A DNA stretch of 64,000 nt from Candidatus Poribacteria bacterium. Its GTDB lineage: Bacteria > Poribacteria > WGA-4E > UBA9662. Made by a program: the position numbers and the translations under genes. Shown one piece after another: positions 58,359 to 64,000 of this stretch. Positions within the stretch are counted from its first letter, which is position 1. Every line of letters starts with the position of its first letter. The notes under the pieces were generated by a model that searched no databases, was not told the DNA's origin, and worked only from the letters and a program-made list of their open reading frames with translations. The stretch covers positions 48,351-112,350 of the forward strand of contig PAQF01000078.1 in assembly GCA_002709695.1 (NCBI GenBank), given 5' to 3'.

Positions 58359-59165
58359 ATGTTGAATTTAGCGCGTGAGGTGATGGTATCTTATGCATTT
58401 ATCGAACGCAATTTTAACTTACTCAAGCGTTACCTAAATTGGGAAATTTTGTTTTTTACTTATTCGATTGTTAATGCCTTAACTATTGGATTGATCATGG
58501 TCGAACGTGGGTCAAGTGAAGATGTATTATACTTGGTTATCGGGGCTTTAATTTGGGGGTTTCTGTCAATTATGATGAGAGAGGTCAGCGACGCCATTAC
58601 TTGGGAACGCTGGGAAGGTACAATTGAATATACTTTTATTGCCCCAATTCATCGTGTAACGCATCTTGTAGGATCCTGCCTATTTGCCATTCTCTACGGG
58701 TTATTGAGGACAGGCGTTGTTTTATCTATCATGCCACTGTTTTTTGGTAACTATGTTGATTTGAGTAACTCTAACTGGCTAACGATGATGTGTGTTATTA
58801 CTATTTCTAGTCTTTCATTTATTGGTATTGGTTTGATGGCCGCAATTTTTCCCCTGTTGTCTCCTGAAAAAGGACAAGCAGCGACTGGTATACTGCAGTC
58901 GATTCTACTCTTAATTTCAGGTGTGTATTATGAAATTGATGTTCTACCAGTGTGGCTCCAACCTTTCTCTAAGATTTCACCTGCGACTTATACTTTAAGA
59001 TCAATTCGTGCCGCAATGTTGGATAATGCGTCTATTGCTAGTCAGAAGCAAAATTTGCTGTTATTGTTGATTATAGGATTAATTACTATACCATTTGGAT
59101 TCTATATTTTTCATCAAGGTGAAAAATACGCTAAGCGTGTCGGAAGATTAAAGCGAAGTGGCTAA
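58359..59165 (+). CDS. ABC-2 family transporter permease
   Basis: Six predicted TM helices. 4 nt after the ATPase gene. 268 aa. Confidence 0.65.
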   Translation: MLNLAREVMVSYAFIERNFNLLKRYLNWEILFFTYSIVNALTIGLIMVERGSSEDVLYLVIGALIWGFLSIMMREVSDAITWERWEGTIEYTFIAPIHRVTHLVGSCLFAILYGLLRTGVVLSIMPLFFGNYVDLSNSNWLTMMCVITISSLSFIGIGLMAAIFPLLSPEKGQAATGILQSILLLISGVYYEIDVLPVWLQPFSKISPATYTLRSIRAAMLDNASIASQKQNLLLLLIIGLITIPFGFYIFHQGEKYAKRVGRLKRSG

Positions 59166-59448
59166 TAACTTGCTAATTACAACACAGCAGTAAGTAACTT
59201 GCTTTAGTTAAGCGATAGATGTATATCTATGAAATTAAACATTGGTGGTTGAATCTGTTCTGGATTCAGGAAGCTGAACTCTTTAATTATTTTTAAGTAC
59301 ATGTTGGGCGTTGTTCCGATTTCTTCAAAACAGTTTTTCACATCTGGTTATATGATTTTTGTGTGATGTGTAACTAAGATTTGGAACTCTCCGTTAGCTG
59401 TTACATATTACAATTGTATCGGTTACTTTTCAAATCAAAGGAAATATT

Positions 59449-59598
59449 ATGTGGTTGCTTATTGACCAAGCATCAATCCGTTTAGGGATAAGTCGGAGGA
59501 CAATTCAGCGTAAGGTATCACAACAAACTATCAGGTCCAAAAAGGATGGCAATCGCCGGTATGTATGGATTGATCCTATGTTTCTTAGAAAAAATTAA
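59449..59598 (+). CDS. Small (49 aa) helix-turn-helix DNA-binding protein, excisionase/AlpA/MerR-like HTH_17; not in the supplied ORF track (<60 aa)
   Basis: MWLLIDQASIRLGISRRTIQRKVSQQTI... is the classic HTH_17 pattern (..LL...EAA..LGVS..TI.R.). RBS-like AAAGGAAAT upstream. Confidence 0.4.
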   Translation: MWLLIDQASIRLGISRRTIQRKVSQQTIRSKKDGNRRYVWIDPMFLRKN

Positions 59599-59700
59599 TT
59601 TTTTTGTGCTCTAAAGAATTTTTTCCGTTCAATATCACTGAGTGTAAAGAAAAATGAGGATAATAAGTATCCGATTTTATGATTTGATACCTACTAATTA

Positions 59701-60279
59701 TTACTGCTGTGATGCATATTCTTTGACTGCTTTTAGTGCTTTAGGAGTACCTATTCTTTTTAATGTCTTAGCTATTGCAGAACAAATGCCCACGTCTTGA
59801 CCTTGGTGTAGCAATTGTATCAGAGCAGGCACGGCATCCTTTGATCCTATTTTGCCTAATGCTTCTATGGAACGGCTACGAACAAATCCTTCCGCGTCCT
59901 GCAATAATTTTATCAAAGCAGGTACGGCATCTTTGGTTCCTATGATGCCCAATGTTCTTGCCGTATTACCTCGAATACCTATATCTTTATCCTGCAATAG
60001 TTGTATTAAATCGGGTGTGCTATTTTCTATGGCCTTGACTGCGTCAGGTGTTCCTATTTTCTTGAGTGTCTCTGCTGAGTCAAGAAAAACCCAATTGTTT
60101 CCATTTTGTAATGATTGGGTAAGAACTGGTACCGCCCCTTTGCCTCTAAATCCTATTTTGCCTAGTTTCCATATTGCATTAACACGAACTGCTGGATTGT
60201 CGTGTTTCAACTTTTTAATTAGTTCTTCAGTTTGACATCCACTTATCCAGATACTAGCTGAACTGATAAGTAAGAACAT
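59701..60279 (-). CDS. HEAT-repeat (PBS-lyase HEAT-like) protein with N-terminal lipoprotein-like signal
   Basis: About five tandem repeats of ~31 aa, (AR/EA)LGKIGTKDAVPALIKLLQD-like. N-terminal MFLLISSASIWISGC. Confidence 0.6.
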   Translation of the reverse strand: MFLLISSASIWISGCQTEELIKKLKHDNPAVRVNAIWKLGKIGFRGKGAVPVLTQSLQNGNNWVFLDSAETLKKIGTPDAVKAIENSTPDLIQLLQDKDIGIRGNTARTLGIIGTKDAVPALIKLLQDAEGFVRSRSIEALGKIGSKDAVPALIQLLHQGQDVGICSAIAKTLKRIGTPKALKAVKEYASQQ

Positions 60280-60455
60280 TTTAAAGTTTCTTGTTTGAAA
60301 TTTACAATCAATTTTCCAAGATAGCTATTGCCATTAGTAAGAACCTTTTTATCCATGTATGTATCAGTTTGGTAAACGTTTGTTATTTTCGTTCCTCATT
60401 TCTGGGTTTTATTTGGGATTTTTCTTGTTGTGTTGTGTATGTTATGCGTATTATG

Positions 60456-60494
60456 TTAAATCATGGTTAAGATAATATCTTAACCATGATTTAA
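60456..60494. repeat. Perfect 39-nt palindrome (19-bp arms around a single central A) in a divergent promoter region
   Basis: TTAAATCATGGTTAAGATA-A-TATCTTAACCATGATTTAA. Every position was checked against its reverse complement. Confidence 0.9.
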
Positions 60495-61015
60495 CAAACA
60501 AAGAAAACGAAAAGTCCAAGTACAGTAATATTTTCGCTGTCGCTTCGGTCATTTCGCAACCATGATCATTTCAATATGTGGGATTATCGGGCAGATGATC
60601 TTCCTTTATCTTGTTAACTTAGTTCGTTTTCCATATTTAATATAAGGTTGTTGAATATGCAGTTGATTTTGTGCTAAAGACATAAACAGTAACATCATAT
60701 TATACTATGATGATGGGTAACTCTCATTAATACAGCCAACTGGTTACAGGCTAATTTGGTACAAGCCTGAATAGAGATCAAGAATCGTTCATCCAATTTA
60801 CCATGGTCATAGTATAATATGACTGTAGAGTATCATATAAGATAGGCTTCCGTTCTCGAAATTCACTTGTTATTAAAAAGGTGATTTCCTATATGAAGAA
60901 TGTGTACTCTCTATAACAAGTTTTAAATGGATTCCTCGTCTTTGTTGTGATATTGTTTGGCTTATATTCCGTTTCATAAATAAACGCGTAGAAAAATAAG
61001 GAAAGGATCTTCACC

Positions 61016-62836
61016 ATGGTAGACAATTCTGATAATTTCCGTCCAGCACCGCCTTTGCAGAATCTCAATACAATAAGACAGTTTCCAGAGTATAACAAAC
61101 AAGACTGGAATGAATTTTCAGAATATATTTACAATCATATCTTGGTTAGCACCGGACAGTATCCGAAGTTGGAAAGCACTCCACTTAGAGCTAAAATCTT
61201 TGGAAAAATTGATAGGGAAGATTACATGATTGAAAAGGTGTACTTTGAATCTTATCCAGGATTCTTCTGTACAGGTAATCTTTATCGTCCTAAAGGCAAA
61301 AATCCTCCTTTCCCTGCTATCGTTAGTCCACATGGTCACTGGGCGCGCGGGCGTCTAGAAAACACGGAACTTGGATCTATTCCTAGTCGTTGTATCAACT
61401 TCGCAAAGCAAGGGTATATCGTTTTTTCATATGATATGGTAGGTTACAACGATAGTGGTAACCAGGTAGAACATAGGCAATTTAATGTGGGAACTCAAGG
61501 CGAAATCTGGGGCATTAGCTTGATGGGATTACAATTACAAAATGGTATTCGTGCTATAGATTTTCTCCAAGATTTGCCTGATGTTGACTCGGATAGGATA
61601 GGTTGTACAGGGGCATCTGGAGGTGGTACACAGACTTTCATGTTAATGGCAGTTGATCAGCGAATTCAAATTGCAGCTCCAGTTAACATGATATCCGCTC
61701 ATATGCAGGGTGGTTGTTTATGCGAAAACTCTCCAAATTTGCGAATTGATTTCAGTAATATAGAAATTGGAGCGATGATGGCTCCTAGGCCTCTATTATT
61801 AGTATCGGCAACTGGTGACTGGACAAAAGATACTCCGGATGTTGAGTATCCCGCTATTCTGTCGATATACCAACACTTTGAGGCAACCGAAAAAGTGCGT
61901 CAAGTACAAATCGATGCCGATCATAATTATAATAAAGCTAGTCGAGAAGCTGTATATGAGTGGTTTGGGGAATGGTTTTTGGATAAATCTGAGCCAGTTG
62001 AATTGAGAGAGCAACTCTCCGAAATCGAATCGGATGAAGATCTGCTGGTATTTCATTATCGGTCAGTTCCCTATCATGCACTTAGCATGGATCAACTGAC
62101 GGAGTCACTCGTTCAAAGTGCCAAATTTGGTATTGAATCGAGAAAACCAACGAATGCATCCGAGCTTAGGTCTTACCAAAAAGAAATGGGAAAAGGACTG
62201 TATCATGCACTCGCACTTCAGCCATCGCAAGATTCTTCTGAAGACCTCATGCAGAAATTGAGCAACTCAGGTAATGTGAAGGAAGCTACTTTAATTGTTT
62301 ACCAGCAAGGTGAGCTTGAAACTTTGAAAAGTCAACTGGTTGACATAGGCCACTCTGTGTTTGCTCTACAACTACGGCCCTCCATCCGGCAAGTAGAGGA
62401 CCGATTTTTCACAACTTACAATCGAACGGATCAAGCATTATGGATACAAGATATTCTGCTAGCACTAGATAAAATGGAAAAGTGTTTACCTCAAGCAATC
62501 CATAACCTTGTTGGCATAAACGGTGGAGGAATATTTGCCATGTTGGCTGCGGGGTTCTCAAAGGCAAATCGTGTTGTTATTGATGTGGAAGAGTTCAATA
62601 CCGAAACAGACGATGATTTTGTGGAAAAACTACCAATCCCGAGTATTCGTCGTGTAGGGGGGTTCCGTACGGCTGGAGCGCTAATTGCTCCAAGATCGTT
62701 GTTGATTTTCAACACTGGGAGCCAATTTCCAACTACCTGGATTTCTGATATTTATCGCGCTGTTGAGAAACCGGATCTACTAAGCATTTCCGAAAGTGGA
62801 GAAGTTAATATTGCTGATTGGTTCAGTTTAGACTAA
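61016..62836 (+). CDS. Alpha/beta-hydrolase (acetyl-xylan-esterase / dienelactone-hydrolase-like) with a long C-terminal extension
   Basis: Nucleophile elbow GCTGASGGGTQTF. 606 aa. No signal peptide evident. Confidence 0.5.
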   Translation: MVDNSDNFRPAPPLQNLNTIRQFPEYNKQDWNEFSEYIYNHILVSTGQYPKLESTPLRAKIFGKIDREDYMIEKVYFESYPGFFCTGNLYRPKGKNPPFPAIVSPHGHWARGRLENTELGSIPSRCINFAKQGYIVFSYDMVGYNDSGNQVEHRQFNVGTQGEIWGISLMGLQLQNGIRAIDFLQDLPDVDSDRIGCTGASGGGTQTFMLMAVDQRIQIAAPVNMISAHMQGGCLCENSPNLRIDFSNIEIGAMMAPRPLLLVSATGDWTKDTPDVEYPAILSIYQHFEATEKVRQVQIDADHNYNKASREAVYEWFGEWFLDKSEPVELREQLSEIESDEDLLVFHYRSVPYHALSMDQLTESLVQSAKFGIESRKPTNASELRSYQKEMGKGLYHALALQPSQDSSEDLMQKLSNSGNVKEATLIVYQQGELETLKSQLVDIGHSVFALQLRPSIRQVEDRFFTTYNRTDQALWIQDILLALDKMEKCLPQAIHNLVGINGGGIFAMLAAGFSKANRVVIDVEEFNTETDDDFVEKLPIPSIRRVGGFRTAGALIAPRSLLIFNTGSQFPTTWISDIYRAVEKPDLLSISESGEVNIADWFSLD

Positions 62837-63168
62837 ATCTTGTAAATTCCTAGAATAACAAATTTAGCATCCTCAGCCAATTCTGTAATCTGTTGGTTTC
62901 TGTCTACTACAATTAGTTTCTTGTTTAAACTTTGATGGTGCTGATAGGGTTTGTTGATTTTTTGTTGAATTGGTGGCTATGGTATATGGTAAGTCGTTTG
63001 AACTGGTGGAATAATGTTATTTTAATCAAAATTTGTTTATCCTAGGGTTGAGGTAGTATCATAGTTTATGGAATATGTGTTCACATAGATAGATACTACT
63101 GGGCTCTGAGGTTAGTAAGGGTTGATATAACATAAAATGCAATTCATCTAACATACAAGGAAAAATTC

Positions 63169-64000
63169 ATGACTAACGAAAATGCTAAGCGAAATACCCG
63201 AATACCTGTCGTATGTTCTTTATTATTATTTGCCTTGATAAACCTGAGTGCTTTTAGTGCAAAAACATTAGATTGGGCTAATTCCATTGAGAAGGGAATG
63301 CAAGAGGCCAAAAGGGCTAATAAGCCAATTATGGTCGATTTTTATATAGATTACTGAGGGGCGTGTGATCGGCTGGATGCCGAAACGTTTACAGATAAAA
63401 ATGTCATCGAATTATCAAAAAAGTTTGTGGTCTTAAAGGTCAACCCTCAAGATACAGATCATCCTGAAAATGCAGAGATGGTAAGGAAATATGGTATTAC
63501 ATATTATCCTACTATTGCGTTCTTTAGTCCAGATAGGCACTTAATCAGTTCTAATACCGGGTATATTCCACCTGGTCAATTCTCTGAATTAATGAAGAAA
63601 ACACTTAAAGAGGAAAAGGAATTAGAGAGTTTAAGAGCAAAAGTCCAAAAAAATCCGGACAATCTCAAGGCAAATGTCAGCTTGGCGATGATCTACATCA
63701 AACGAGGTAATCTCGCAAAAGGACGAACTTTAGTCAACACAATATCGGCACTGGATCCTAAGAACCAATCCAAATTCTTTAAAAAAGTTTATGCGCAAAT
63801 GGCTCTAGTCAATGTAAATCAGAGTAATATTAAAGACGGCCAGGCTTTGCTCGATAAAGCGTCGGATCTTGATCTAAAAGACGAGTCTGCGTACTTACCC
63901 AAACTCCATGTGAATTTTGGTCTTTTTTACGGTCAGAATGGCCAAAGTAATAAAAATTATCTGCAAAAAGCGGAGGAGCATTTCAAAGCTGTTACTAGGA
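63169..64000 (+). CDS. Candidate selenoprotein: signal peptide, thioredoxin-fold domain with U-G-A-C redox motif (in-frame TGA at 63355..63357), then TPR-like repeats; runs off the window end
   Basis: A 62-aa ORF ends ...KPIMVDFYIDY-TGA. The same frame continues uninterrupted from 63358 to the window end: GACDRLDAETFTDKNVIELSKKFVVLKVNPQD...YGITYYPTIAFF.... This is the canonical thioredoxin-like layout (FYADWCGPC...KV..D...G..G.PT..F) with Sec replacing the first Cys. A SECIS-like hairpin lies at 63358..63390. Confidence 0.5.

Noticed and set aside
59852-60235. 127-aa +strand ORF
   Set aside because: It is antisense to the HEAT-repeat gene, whose five-fold internal repeat structure validates the minus-strand frame.
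1-64000. CRISPR arrays, rRNA, insertion sequences, integrases, transposases
   Set aside because: No regularly spaced direct repeats, no rRNA-like conserved stretches, and no transposase or integrase-like ORFs were found by inspection. Only one tRNA was found.

Overview
This 64 kb window is a chromosomal region from a low-GC diderm bacterium. Type IX secretion (T9SS)-style C-terminal sorting domains, FadL/PorV-like outer-membrane barrels and a GldK/PorK-type FGE-sulfatase (formylglycine-generating enzyme) domain suggest a Fibrobacteres-Chlorobi-Bacteroidetes-like or candidate-phylum lineage. It is gene-dense, arranged in long unidirectional blocks, and mixes housekeeping genes with accessory envelope and secretion genes.

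Recognised housekeeping genes: clpB (truncated at the window start), dapB, ilvD, tsaC-tsaD, hisC, hflK-hflC, moaA, sufCBD with glutaredoxin-like, Rieske and DUF59 partners, and a tRNA-Leu(GAG).

Accessory content:
- a six-gene operon coupling an acidic coiled-coil protein and a PspA/IM30-like protein to a NitT/TauT-type ABC importer whose first component is a membrane-anchored substrate-binding domain fused to an OmpA-like domain
- a second, secreted substrate-binding-like plus OmpA-like fusion paralog carrying a 9-G homopolymer
- a tandem AAA+ ATPase (degenerate N-terminal AAA-like domain) sitting between a membrane coiled-coil protein and a large secreted beta-propeller/Ig/FGE-domain protein
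- a VWA-domain membrane protein immediately followed by an Eis-like GNAT
- a pair of FadL/PorV-like outer-membrane proteins co-oriented with tsaCD
- a T9SS C-terminal-domain cargo protein
- a sugar-acid/rhamnose-like catabolic cluster
- an ABC-2 exporter

The most striking single observation is at the 3' edge of the window (63169 to at least 64000). A signal-peptide-bearing thioredoxin-fold plus TPR protein has its reading frame interrupted only by one in-frame TGA, exactly where the first Cys of the CxxC redox motif should be (reads U-G-A-C). A SECIS-like hairpin follows immediately, so this is a candidate selenoprotein.

Other points of note: a perfect 39-nt palindrome in a divergent promoter region, and an unlisted 49-aa excisionase/MerR-like HTH ORF with flanking direct repeats. 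No CRISPR array, rRNA, transposase or integrase was seen.
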